A stretch of 64,000 nucleotides of DNA from Parcubacteria group bacterium (GTDB lineage: Bacteria > Patescibacteriota > Patescibacteriia > UBA2169). The position numbers were made by a program, and so were the translations under genes. Below are positions 1 to 9,888 of this stretch, piece by piece. Location of the stretch: positions 157,062 through 221,061 of the forward strand of contig JACOYR010000001.1 in NCBI GenBank assembly GCA_016181765.1. The letters run 5' to 3'. Numbering within the stretch: position 1 is the first letter of the stretch; the number at the start of each line of letters is the position of its first letter. The notes below the pieces were generated by a model. That model did no database searches, was not told the DNA's origin, and saw only the letters and a list, made by a program, of their open reading frames with translations.

Positions 1-1482
1 CTTATAAAATCTTCTTTTTTGTATTCCTTCTCGTCGTACCGAAGCGTGCGGAAATGCCTGGCGCGTATGCTGTTGCAATCCAAGGCAATAAGGTAATTCA
101 ACACCTTTTGCTTGTCCGGTGTATAACCCGCGGCAATATTAGAAAGCGCAGTTCGGCAGGAATCAAGGTCAGCAATTCTGAACACGCCATCGCAGTACAT
201 ATACCACACCGAACCGAAGACCAGAGCCGGTTTTCCGCGCAACAGCCCCTCCCAGCCCGCTGTTCCGGTGGCAACTCCAACGACTTGGGAGTGTTGCATC
301 AAATCATAGGTTGAGGTATCCAGGGGAACCAGTTTGACATTTGGCAGAGCGGCAATGCGCTCATAATACCCCGGATGCCGATACAGGCGCGAAAAAGCAT
401 TGGACGGCCGAAGCTGGTTGGGGTTTTCTTTAACATATAACTTCCACCCCGCAGGCAAAGAACGCGCTACCGTCTCCACCATCAACAACTGGTCGTCATA
501 CACGCCCGCCTGCGGGCAGGTGGTCCGCTCCGGCTGGACGTTCAGAGGCATGTACACAAATTTTTTGGAAAAATCCGGAATAACATGTAATCGCGCATAT
601 TCTTTTTCCAGTAATCGGTTTTGTTTTACCCATTGGTTAATGCGCAGCTTGTATCTAAACCCGCGCATAGGCGCATCTAATGTTTGCTCTTCATTTTTCA
701 TAAAAATCATCCGCAGGTACGAGAAACCCACACGCAAGATGCTCAAACGCAAAAGGTGCTTCAGGATCGTCCGAACGCCCGGAGTGCGAAATGGCGCGGG
801 CCGTGCGAGCGCGCGCTTTTGGTATTCCGGAGTTGCATCGGCAACCGAATTACTGTGTTTTCCATAATACGAGCGCAAATCAGGGCTTAAATCTTCCACT
901 TTGTAGGCTGTGTCTTTATGCGCGTCATAATAATTTCGTATTGCCAATGAAGATGTTGTATAGTCATCAACAAGGGTGGTTCTGCTTTCCACGGCAATTT
1001 GCTCGCTAATAATAACTTTAATATTGCGCCGTTTGGCAAGCGCGTAGAGAACGTAATTATTGCCGTTATGCGGCACATCAGGAAACAGAATCGCGTCCGG
1101 CTTGAATCTTTTAATCATACCCTGCCAAAACTGGATATACCGGTAATATAAATCCAGTTTTTTGGGAAGCGGCCATGCGGAGTAATCAATCCTGCTTATA
1201 AGCAGCAACGCAGTCCCCTCATAGGGATACAATTTTTCTATGAGCTCTTTGCTTGGGGGCTCAAAATTGGATACGTCAATTTCCTGTGGCGGGATATTCC
1301 GGATTGCATCATTCGCGTAATGGAAAATGGTGCCCGAAAAATGCTCTTTATCCGCCGCGATGGTTTTAAAATAATCGCGGTATCCCTGCCAATAGATAAT
1401 GCGCGCGCCCACATCACGCAGATGCAACGCAACATCTTTGAGTATGGGGGTTGAAAAGCCTATGATAAAAATCTTTTTATCC
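1..1482 (-). CDS. Partial CDS (C-terminus lies beyond the window start); putative capsule/teichoic-acid-type polysaccharide biosynthesis transferase (KpsC/KpsS/TagF-like). The family assignment is tentative.
   Basis: My own reverse-complement translation from the ATG at 1482 (MDKKIFIIGFSTPILKDVALH...) runs about 494 codons without a stop to position 1. It is missing from the ORF track because no stop lies inside the window. The plus-strand ORFs listed for 54..1078 are its antisense shadows. Motifs such as FVYMPLNVQPE and HPGYY weakly recall the capsule_synth/TagF families. Confidence 0.45.
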
Positions 1483-1490
1483 ATACAATC

Positions 1491-3281
1491 TTAATCTCTG
1501 ATGTTATAGACCTTGTAGAAATAAGACGCTTTGTCTTTGAGAAGCTCTTTCGGACTCCCCTGTTCAATAATCTTACCGTTATCAAGAACAATGAGTTTGT
1601 CGGAATTGCGCAGAGTGGAAAGACGGTGCGCAATGGCTAGAACTGTAATTTTACCTTTGAGATTTTCAATGACTTTCTGTATCTTTGCCTCGGATTCGTT
1701 ATCTAGAGAACTTGTCGCCTCGTCTAAAACGAGTATTTTTGGACTCCTCGCCAAAACGCGGGCAATAATAATCCGCTGCCGCTGCCCCGCCGAGAGCATA
1801 ACACCTCGTTCGCCAATAACGGTTTCAAATCCATTAGGGAGCCCTTGGATAAAATCATACATATGAGCCATGCGAGTTGCCTGCTCAACGTCTCTTTGTG
1901 TAAGCGTGTTGCTGTAGAACCTAATATTGTTGGCAATGGTATCATTCATAAGAAATAAATCCTGAGACACATACCCTATATTCCTGCGCCATTCCCGCAA
2001 GCCAAACTCAGTAATGTTTCTCCCGTCCAGAGTAATGGAGCCATTCTCCGGATTAAATAACCGGAGCAGCAGATCAACCAGTGTGGTTTTTCCCGCCCCG
2101 GAAGGGCCAATCAACCCAACCATTTCCCCTTTTCCCACCGAAAAACTCACCGCATCTAAGACGTTTTGGCTATCACTGTACCGAAAGGAAACATTCGTAA
2201 ACTCCAATGCATGATTAAAGACAACACGCTCATTGCCGGAATCTATTTCTGACACGCTATGCGACCTGTCCCGGTATTCAAGTACGCTTTTGAGGTATGG
2301 AACGGATTCGTTCATAGAATGCAGCGCGCCCTGAAACTGTTGTATGTACTGGAACATTCTCTGAATCAGATAGATAATAGCCGCCAGAGCGGCGAAGTTG
2401 AAATAGGGGGTCTGATAAGAAACAAAAAAAACAACGCTGATAAAAATAAGGCTCATGGGCTGCATGATGATGCTTGAAACACTGCTTAACAAGAAGACGA
2501 TGATTCTTAGTTTCCTTAGATCGGCAAAGTAACCAGCTCCTTTCCGAACCACCTGTTGACCCACGGACATTGCCTTCACTGTTTTCATGCCGAGAAGGTT
2601 TTCACTGACAAAATGCTGGACTTCTTTATTCATGGCGGCTGTCTTGTGCGCCGCCATTCTGGTTCGATACATGAGCGGCTTCAAGAGCAGGATAAGCACT
2701 CCGCCCAGAGTAAGCGTAATAAGCGATACGGAGGGAGAAATATTTATGGCTATCACTGCATACATCATTAAGCCGGTAGTAACCATAATGAACGTGCTGA
2801 TAAGTTTCAGCATCTGCGCGCCGTGCGTTACATCGTTCATTAAAATAACTTCCAAGTGCCCCAACTTCTGTTTTAAAAGATGCTCCCAGTTGGAAGCGAA
2901 TGTTGCGCCATAGAGCTCGTTTCTGGTCCGTTCTTCATAATCGGTTTGAATCTTAATCTGGACATAATTGAAAAATGCGAGCACCACAGCTTTCAAAACA
3001 AACATGCCGGAGATGAAAATCAGTATATACGCCAGATTAAAATCAATATGCGCATAGTAAAACACTTGCCTAATCGCCCTGGAAATAATGTCGCTTCCTT
3101 GATCTCCGCCGGCAATGAAAGAAAAAAGAGGGATAATGGCGTTTATACCAACACCTTCCAAAAGCCCGCTTAAAAATCCCAGCCCAGTCAACAGGATAAT
3201 CTGAAGTTTGTACCGTCCAAAAGCGCGGCGCGACAGCCGGATAATGTCATTGATTCTGTTGTCTCGAGGAAAGATACTCAT
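1491..3281 (-). CDS. ABC transporter, fused permease/ATP-binding protein (MsbA/exporter type)
   Basis: N-terminal six-helix transmembrane domain. Walker A GPSGAGKTTL, ABC signature LSAGQRQRIIIARVL and Walker B ILVLDEATSSLD. Confidence 0.9.
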   Translation of the reverse strand: MSIFPRDNRINDIIRLSRRAFGRYKLQIILLTGLGFLSGLLEGVGINAIIPLFSFIAGGDQGSDIISRAIRQVFYYAHIDFNLAYILIFISGMFVLKAVVLAFFNYVQIKIQTDYEERTRNELYGATFASNWEHLLKQKLGHLEVILMNDVTHGAQMLKLISTFIMVTTGLMMYAVIAINISPSVSLITLTLGGVLILLLKPLMYRTRMAAHKTAAMNKEVQHFVSENLLGMKTVKAMSVGQQVVRKGAGYFADLRKLRIIVFLLSSVSSIIMQPMSLIFISVVFFVSYQTPYFNFAALAAIIYLIQRMFQYIQQFQGALHSMNESVPYLKSVLEYRDRSHSVSEIDSGNERVVFNHALEFTNVSFRYSDSQNVLDAVSFSVGKGEMVGLIGPSGAGKTTLVDLLLRLFNPENGSITLDGRNITEFGLREWRRNIGYVSQDLFLMNDTIANNIRFYSNTLTQRDVEQATRMAHMYDFIQGLPNGFETVIGERGVMLSAGQRQRIIIARVLARSPKILVLDEATSSLDNESEAKIQKVIENLKGKITVLAIAHRLSTLRNSDKLIVLDNGKIIEQGSPKELLKDKASYFYKVYNIRD

Positions 3282-3288
3282 AGGCTAT

Positions 3289-4893
3289 TTACTCCGACCA
3301 ATCTGTCGCATCACTAGTCACTTCAATAAACTGAAACGGTGTTTTGTGATTTGATACAGAGTCGGAAAAATAATTTCTATCTTTCAATATATCGAAATCA
3401 CCATCGAAATACGTATTAAAAATAATTCGAAACGTATTTACTGGCGTAATGGTTTCATAAAAATTCGTCTCTCCATTCCCTGGCATATAATATGCATTCA
3501 AGATGCGCATTCGCTCTCTATAAAATCGCCCAGTTGATCGATCCTCTCCAGCGGTAGACCACGGACCATGATCACCCTGGATAATAATAATCGGCTCGGT
3601 CTCTGATTTTGTAAGTAGTTGATCGACCAATGCCAAAACTTTTTTGTTTACAAAAGTGACTTGATTTATATAGCGCTGCTTCTCGTCTTCACTCCAGCCA
3701 AAATTTTCAGGCGCCAATTGTAGTGGCGTATCCAGCACAGGTTCTCCATTTGGTCCAAACAAAAATGGTGGATGCGGAGCCATAATATGTGCGTATAAGA
3801 ACTTTGGTCCTTCCACGTCTGTAAACTCAGGCATTTGCGCGAGCTGATTAAATTGATACAATATCTGCTCACGATAGTCACTAAATACATACGCGTGTAT
3901 TGGGGGATATAAAAGTCCAGCCCGCAACAAAGTTGTATTGATAATCAACATTGAAAGCTCATCAAATTTTCCTCCTTGAAAATTAGCGTCTGCATATGGG
4001 TTCAGCCGCCGCGGGCCCCAGATTGACCTGAAATTAACATACGAATACCCCCTGCTTTTCAAAAACTGCGAAGCTTTGTTGTTCTCGATAAGCGGGCCGG
4101 TTGCGTCAAAATTTCTGTCCTTGCCTGCAACAACATCGGTCAGATAATTGACATATTCCATGTTAAGCGAAGAAGAAAGAGAAACATGGGTAACTGCAAA
4201 ATTGCTGGTGCTTTTATCGGGGATATAGAAGCCCCTGTTCCTTAATGCCGATATAAAAGAACTGTTATCGTAGTTATAATAGTCGCGCAACGTTTTCTCG
4301 TTGCCGTAGGCATCAAGAATGATATAGTAAATATCCGGTTTTGATGCTGCTGCGCCGGAATCAGCTACTGATACGGAATTAACAACAGATGCGTGGGGTA
4401 CGAAAGTCTTTTCCTTGAATAAGCCCGGAATAACTGAAAATAAGGATATCGCTATGAGTGCTACCGCAACCACATTCAAAAATTCAGAAAGGAGGCGCAA
4501 TCGCTTACGAGTAACGATTACGGATATCGTCAAAGTGACAAATACAATACCATACGTAGGCAGTACATAGCGCGCCCTGCCCAATTCAACACCGCCAATG
4601 GAGAACTCGAGCAATGCTTCGTAGATGTACCCATACGAAAAAAAGAATATGAGTAGCAGCGAGGTGCCCACAGCCGCCTTATGCGGATTTTTCAGCAACA
4701 GGTATGCATTGATCAGTACAATTGCCGTAATGCCAAGCGTCATGAGGATGGGAATAATAACATTTGAAAAGTCAAGTTCTGCGGGATTGTTGGTCCAGAA
4801 AAACAAAAATGGAAATATTGCGAGCAGAAACGGATGCGCGATGGAAAGTGAGCGTTTAAGTGAAAAACGTGAGAAAAACATATTGTTATGCAT
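3289..4893 (-). CDS. Membrane-anchored protein of the sulfatase/alkaline-phosphatase superfamily (LtaS/phosphoglycerol- or phosphoethanolamine-transferase-like)
   Basis: About five N-terminal TM helices followed by an extracytoplasmic domain with YYIILDAYG and IIIQGDHGPW motifs typical of the LtaS/MdoB/EptA sulfatase fold. Confidence 0.6.
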   Translation of the reverse strand: MHNNMFFSRFSLKRSLSIAHPFLLAIFPFLFFWTNNPAELDFSNVIIPILMTLGITAIVLINAYLLLKNPHKAAVGTSLLLIFFFSYGYIYEALLEFSIGGVELGRARYVLPTYGIVFVTLTISVIVTRKRLRLLSEFLNVVAVALIAISLFSVIPGLFKEKTFVPHASVVNSVSVADSGAAASKPDIYYIILDAYGNEKTLRDYYNYDNSSFISALRNRGFYIPDKSTSNFAVTHVSLSSSLNMEYVNYLTDVVAGKDRNFDATGPLIENNKASQFLKSRGYSYVNFRSIWGPRRLNPYADANFQGGKFDELSMLIINTTLLRAGLLYPPIHAYVFSDYREQILYQFNQLAQMPEFTDVEGPKFLYAHIMAPHPPFLFGPNGEPVLDTPLQLAPENFGWSEDEKQRYINQVTFVNKKVLALVDQLLTKSETEPIIIIQGDHGPWSTAGEDRSTGRFYRERMRILNAYYMPGNGETNFYETITPVNTFRIIFNTYFDGDFDILKDRNYFSDSVSNHKTPFQFIEVTSDATDWSE

Positions 4894-6289
4894 TGCGCGT
4901 TACATGATTATTTTTCATGAGATATAATATTCGTTCCGAGCCGGCAATCGGCGCTCGTTCCATGATTGAAAAATATGCGCTGAATTCGCGTTCAAAGGAT
5001 TCTTTCGTGTAGTCCGGGAAAATATCCCGCCTGGTTGCCAAAAGCTTTTGCACTTGCGAATCGCTTTTTGGAACAAACTCAATAATAAGGTGGCGGGCAA
5101 TGCTGCTGAAAAAGGAAGCAATGCGGGTCAATGGCACATTATTGGATATAACCAAATGATGGATAAGCGCGAGCGCGAACGTGCAATCAGCCGGACCGCG
5201 CATAATCAAAGAATCGCGCTCTTTGTTTTCCCAGCCGAGATCAGGACTCGGGTTAAGCACGTCCATTAAAAGCGGTAATAGGCGCGCATCGTTATCGCGC
5301 CGCATCCGGAGGTAATTTTTTTCCACTGATGCCGGATCATAATCAAACGAGACGGTTGCAATGCCGCGAGTGCTCGCAATCCTACTAAAGGTTCCATCAT
5401 TCGCGCCCACGTCCCAAACACTTCGTGCTCCGCTTTTTTCCAAAAATGCGGCCGTAAGCTTTTTCTTGTGTTCAAAAGATTCATTTGAGTAATTGGTAAA
5501 CGTATAATACTCAGCCCACTCGGTACCGCGCGGGCGCCAGCGCAAACGCCGCACGACGGATTCCAAATTATCCAACAAACCCAGCAGTGACGTTTTGCGC
5601 ATCTGGCGCTGGGCAGCAGTAGAGGTTTTGCCTGAAAAATGCGCCTGGCTTTTGGCGTGCAAATGGATATGCGAGAGCAGACCGAACAAAAAATACGTAC
5701 GGAACGGCAATAGTGCGCTTGCAAGATCCAGAGGCACTCCATCCATATGTATCCTAAGCCACTGGCTAAGCCGTATGTCTGTATAGGCCATAAGTGCGAG
5801 TGGGGCTAGAAAATGCTGGCAGAACTGGCGGTACGCAATCCAAGGGCTGCCTGCGGCATACTTTTCAAACGAAAGCGTATCAATAAGAATCGGTTTTCCA
5901 TCTAAAAATTGCATGTTGTACGCACTCGCATCTTTGAGAACCATGCCGTGCTCCAGAGCTTTCTTTTGAATGGCGAGCGTAAGCAGCGCCGCGTCTTTGA
6001 GCTGGCTGAAGCTCCACTCAAAAGGGTATGAGATAAAAGGAACTCTCCTCGGATGAATAACTTTATACCGTTCTTCGTGCCGGGGCGACTCCTCCGCGGG
6101 CAATTCCTTGTGCTCAATGAGCTGCCTGCTTGCAACGAGCTCACGATAAAGACCGGACGACATGAGCGCGTCATAGTGCTCCTGGTAGGATTTGTTCACC
6201 TGCCGGAAGAGCGCTCCGCTCTGTGAATCCGTATATATAAACCCACTTGGGTCGCGGAATGAGCTGGGATGTGCGGTAACAACATGCAT
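4886..6289 (-). CDS. Two-domain protein: N-terminal kinase-like (APH/protein-kinase-like fold) domain fused to a C-terminal class I SAM-dependent methyltransferase
   Basis: The N-terminal half has a catalytic-loop-like LKDASAYNMQF (D-x4-N) and IDTLSFE (DFG-like). The C-terminal half has the methyltransferase motif VWDVGANDGTFS and a Rossmann-fold continuation. Confidence 0.5.
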   Translation of the reverse strand: MHVVTAHPSSFRDPSGFIYTDSQSGALFRQVNKSYQEHYDALMSSGLYRELVASRQLIEHKELPAEESPRHEERYKVIHPRRVPFISYPFEWSFSQLKDAALLTLAIQKKALEHGMVLKDASAYNMQFLDGKPILIDTLSFEKYAAGSPWIAYRQFCQHFLAPLALMAYTDIRLSQWLRIHMDGVPLDLASALLPFRTYFLFGLLSHIHLHAKSQAHFSGKTSTAAQRQMRKTSLLGLLDNLESVVRRLRWRPRGTEWAEYYTFTNYSNESFEHKKKLTAAFLEKSGARSVWDVGANDGTFSRIASTRGIATVSFDYDPASVEKNYLRMRRDNDARLLPLLMDVLNPSPDLGWENKERDSLIMRGPADCTFALALIHHLVISNNVPLTRIASFFSSIARHLIIEFVPKSDSQVQKLLATRRDIFPDYTKESFEREFSAYFSIMERAPIAGSERILYLMKNNHVTRNA

Positions 6290-6290
6290 A

Positions 6291-6524
6291 CTAGCGCTCT
6301 TTGTCTTCTCTGGTTACTTTATTCTTGCTGCCGCCGATAAAAAAAGCTACTACCCTGTGCCAGAATATCTTGACCATGAAAAGTCCTCCGGCAACAAACG
6401 CAACCGCAAGCTGAACAAGGTAGCTTCCCGTGCCTGCGTCCAGGTACGCCTGGGCCGCGACAGGAAAAGAAAGGGCGTACGTAACGACTCCAAGAATGAG
6501 ATAAAAACGGTTGCGATGGAACAT
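6291..6524 (-). CDS. Small membrane protein (2 TM helices), hypothetical
   Basis: 77-aa ORF packed tightly between flanking operon genes. Two hydrophobic helices. Confidence 0.3.
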   Translation of the reverse strand: MFHRNRFYLILGVVTYALSFPVAAQAYLDAGTGSYLVQLAVAFVAGGLFMVKIFWHRVVAFFIGGSKNKVTREDKER

Positions 6525-6545
6525 AGGTGTGTATGCTAATGATTA

Positions 6546-8057
6546 CTATTTTATGAAAAATGGGCGGCCGCCATGCGGATAATACCGAATGGACGGGTAC
6601 ACTTCTCTTTCTGTAAAAAATTCATACACTGCCTTGCGCGCACCGGTCCAAGTTTCGTAGTCGTCAAGGATAACCATGCCCCCCGGAACCACTAAATCGT
6701 AGAGTTCGTCTAGGCAATACTTGGTTGATTCATAAATATCCGCATCAACAAACAGCAGCGCAATGTCCCCAATCTTCCGTTTTGCTTCTGGAACCGTATC
6801 CTGAAACCACCCCTTCTCGATGGAGACAATGTCGTCAACCCCAAGCGAATGCGTAATTTCCTGCGCCTTTTTATACTCTCCTTTGAACACGCCGGTTGTG
6901 CTTCGCTTGCCAAGATGCTCATCAGAAAATGGCACGCCTTTCTGAATTGCCTTATCCTTATCTGCTGTGCTGAATTCAGGCAGCCCTTCAAACGAATCAA
7001 ACTGCCAGACACGCCTCGTTTTTCCATGCTGTTTAACACGCCACGCCATTAATGCGCCCATACCGCCATTCCAGCATCCCATTTCTACAATGGAACCCGG
7101 TATGCCCTTTTTTTCTATATGATCAACCGCGTCGCATACTTGCCCCAGCACCCGATACCCGGCCAAAGTGTACGGAAATACCTTCTTGATAATTGGATAC
7201 AATAGTATCTTTTTGGGATCATTCCAAAAGAGCCGTCTGCATTTTCTTAATATATGTTTATTAATGTTTGATTCTCTCGGATTGATGCTTGAGCCCTTTG
7301 GCACAAAGTAATTATTGTCTTTAAAGTTACGCTCAATGAATCCCGCGGCGCGGGACAACTCTTCTTTGGTGTCAATCTCTATCCATCGCACCGGCCCGAG
7401 GTCAACCATCGTGGCCGGGTTATTGCCGCCCGATACATACTCCAAAATACCACGCTCAACAGACGCCTTCTGGTTGTTATCTTTCTTCAGAACATCATCC
7501 ACCTTCTCAAAAAATGCCGCAACCTGCCCCTCCGGACAATACCACATACTGTTAAAATAATAATCGTGCGTATCAAGCCCCTTAGACATGTTAATAACCG
7601 TATTGCGTTCATCCACTCGCACCATCATGTCCAGCTGCATTTCGTCCGATTCATGGCTCGTGCCGAATACTTTTATGCGGTCGTCAAGATGTTCTTTAAC
7701 AGTTCCGGCAATGCTTTTATCGTAAATATAATCACCATTGTACGTAATACATCCGCCGACTATTTCATCGCGCGCCTTCGCGAGGCTTGCAAGCGGTTCT
7801 GTTGTTGCGTATTCCGCATTCTCAACCAGCACAACATCCCTATCAATTGAAGCTACGGCCTCTTTCAGCTTGTCAAACTGGAACCCACCGACCACCACGA
7901 TTTTCTCGGGATTCAAAGCGCGCGCAAACGCGATTGAGTACTCAATAATAGGCCTACCACACACCATGGTGAGTGCTTTGGGCTGGTCTTTGGTCAGATC
8001 ACCCAGTCGCGTACCCATGCCAGCGGCAAGAATAACAGCGGTAAACTTATTCTCCAT
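6546..8057 (-). CDS. Fusion protein: N-terminal sugar/alcohol-phosphate nucleotidyltransferase (LicC/GlmU-NTP-transferase type) + C-terminal TylF/MycF-family (macrocin-type) O-methyltransferase
   Basis: N-terminus AVILAAGMGTRLGDLTKDQPKAL (NTP-transferase G-x-G-T-R motif). C-terminus MGCWNGGMG, QFDSFEGLPEF, VDADIYESTKYCLDELYDLVVPGGMVILDDY (TylF-like SAM binding and metal-dependent O-MT motifs). Confidence 0.7.
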   Translation of the reverse strand: MENKFTAVILAAGMGTRLGDLTKDQPKALTMVCGRPIIEYSIAFARALNPEKIVVVGGFQFDKLKEAVASIDRDVVLVENAEYATTEPLASLAKARDEIVGGCITYNGDYIYDKSIAGTVKEHLDDRIKVFGTSHESDEMQLDMMVRVDERNTVINMSKGLDTHDYYFNSMWYCPEGQVAAFFEKVDDVLKKDNNQKASVERGILEYVSGGNNPATMVDLGPVRWIEIDTKEELSRAAGFIERNFKDNNYFVPKGSSINPRESNINKHILRKCRRLFWNDPKKILLYPIIKKVFPYTLAGYRVLGQVCDAVDHIEKKGIPGSIVEMGCWNGGMGALMAWRVKQHGKTRRVWQFDSFEGLPEFSTADKDKAIQKGVPFSDEHLGKRSTTGVFKGEYKKAQEITHSLGVDDIVSIEKGWFQDTVPEAKRKIGDIALLFVDADIYESTKYCLDELYDLVVPGGMVILDDYETWTGARKAVYEFFTEREVYPSIRYYPHGGRPFFIK

Positions 8058-9888
8058 AGCTATTCTCTACTGCTTTCTTAATTAATTCTACGGGACATGG
8101 AATTCCATACTCGCCTTTTATTTTCCAAGCTTTGCCGATAGTATCGGGCAGAACGAACCGTACTTCGTTGGCTACTGTTTTTTTATTATACTTAAGCGCA
8201 TCAAGTATTGTTTGCGCATTAATGTACTCCGGAATTCTGCATGGCAACTGATACGCGCGGAAAATATCCTTATGCGCATCCACAGTATCTTCCCCGGCTT
8301 CCATTAAGGTTGCGAGTTCCGCCGAAACGCGCATGCCGATTGCAATTGATTGCCCGTGCGAGAGATCAAAACGGGAGAGAAACTCAATTGCGTGCCCCGC
8401 CTCATGGCCATACTGCAGAATCATAGCACGTTTGTGCTCGAACATGTCTTCGTGCATCAATTCAATTTTAAGTTGGATCGTCCGTTCAATGACTTCTTTT
8501 CGGAATGCAACATCAGCAACGTTGTCCGCGTTGTTAAGAAGATACTCATAAAAATCACGGTCCTGGCATATGGCATGCTTAATTGCTTCCGATATCCCGT
8601 CGCGAACCAACGAATCGGGGATGGATAGCGCCGGATCTATAACCACAAGGAGCGGCTGATAGTAGTTACCCACGAGATTTTTTCCTTTTTGCCCGTTAAT
8701 CCCTTGTTTTAAACTAATGGATACATCGAGCATATTCATAATCGTAGTCGGAAGATGTATGAGCCCGATTCCGCGGTACAAAGTGGCGGCCAGCAAGCCC
8801 GAAACATTCGCCACAACGCCGCCGCCTAGAGCGAAAATGATCGACTGCTCATCTATCCCGAGCGCGATAATTCTCTCTGCAAGATCATTGTATATTGACA
8901 TATTTTTACTCTGTTCCCCAGCCGGAATTACAAACTTGGCAACACGGTACCCCGCGTTCTGTAATTGCAAGAGCACGCTATCCCCAAAAAGAGCATCTAC
9001 ATTTTCGTCGGTTATAATAATGTGGTGCGATCCAGCGCGTTGGGGACCTATAATCCGAACCTTATCTAACTGTTTTAAAATTCCGGGTTCTATAATAATG
9101 CCGGTTTCTTGCGTCTTGGTATGTGTAAACGAAGTTGTAGGAACAATATCGTTAAGTGTCGCCAACTCGTGAGCGGGCCCTACATGCGCATGCGCGCGCC
9201 GCATAAACATTTCGGCGCGAAGCAAGGTGTCGGCAGCGTTTATATCGAACCACTGCATGTCCGGCAAAAATGAAATTTTTACCGGCGCCGCTTGATGCAG
9301 ATTCATAATCACTTCGGATGATTCTTTATGTGGATCCATGGCTCGAGCAATTTCCAAAAAATCAGTAATCCCTTTTTTCGTAAAATAATGAATTCCGGCA
9401 TGCAGGGCATCGTATGAAGCAATGTCTCTGCCCATGTTCAGCAGTTTTTTAAACCGTGTCTTGACAAAAACCGGAGCTCCGGAAAACTCGTTCTCTTTTT
9501 TGTGTTTAGCAACAAGCACTTCAACATCAGATTTTTTTGACAATGCGCGATAGGGATTATTTTCAAACACAAGGTCGCAGGAAGTAACAACGCATTCTGA
9601 TTCGACAAATTCCGCGGCACGGGAAAAAGAATGCAAAATACCGGCATCATCATTCGGCTCTTCGGCATATCGAATGTTTACATCCGTACCACTAAATTCA
9701 TTCACAACCGTTCGTACGAGAGCAGCATACGAGCCAACAACAATCACAATATCACGTATCCCGGCCTCCTGTAAAAGCTCAATCTGCCGAACAATAAGCG
9801 GCTTGCCGTACACCCGCAAAAGTGGCTTTGGCGTATCGAGCACATTAATTTTTTGGCCGCGGCCGGCAGCCAAAATAATTCCGATCAT
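8047..9888 (-). CDS. Fusion protein: N-terminal nucleotidyltransferase + C-terminal dehydroquinate-synthase-like (DHQS/sugar-phosphate-cyclase superfamily) domain
   Basis: N-terminus MIGIILAAGRGQKINVLDTPKPLL (NTP-transferase). C-terminus GGGVVANVSGLLAATLYRGIGLIHLPTT...KQGINGQKGKNLVGNYYQPLLVVIDP closely follows the DHQS/DOIS/EEVS nucleotide and metal-binding motifs (GGGV..D..G, PTT, KN-LIG-FYQP). Confidence 0.7.
   Translation of the reverse strand: MIGIILAAGRGQKINVLDTPKPLLRVYGKPLIVRQIELLQEAGIRDIVIVVGSYAALVRTVVNEFSGTDVNIRYAEEPNDDAGILHSFSRAAEFVESECVVTSCDLVFENNPYRALSKKSDVEVLVAKHKKENEFSGAPVFVKTRFKKLLNMGRDIASYDALHAGIHYFTKKGITDFLEIARAMDPHKESSEVIMNLHQAAPVKISFLPDMQWFDINAADTLLRAEMFMRRAHAHVGPAHELATLNDIVPTTSFTHTKTQETGIIIEPGILKQLDKVRIIGPQRAGSHHIIITDENVDALFGDSVLLQLQNAGYRVAKFVIPAGEQSKNMSIYNDLAERIIALGIDEQSIIFALGGGVVANVSGLLAATLYRGIGLIHLPTTIMNMLDVSISLKQGINGQKGKNLVGNYYQPLLVVIDPALSIPDSLVRDGISEAIKHAICQDRDFYEYLLNNADNVADVAFRKEVIERTIQLKIELMHEDMFEHKRAMILQYGHEAGHAIEFLSRFDLSHGQSIAIGMRVSAELATLMEAGEDTVDAHKDIFRAYQLPCRIPEYINAQTILDALKYNKKTVANEVRFVLPDTIGKAWKIKGEYGIPCPVELIKKAVENSYGE

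Noticed and set aside
54-1078. Several 60 to 155-aa ORFs on both strands listed in the track at the left edge
   Set aside because: All lie within, and out of frame with, the long minus-strand partial gene 1..1482.
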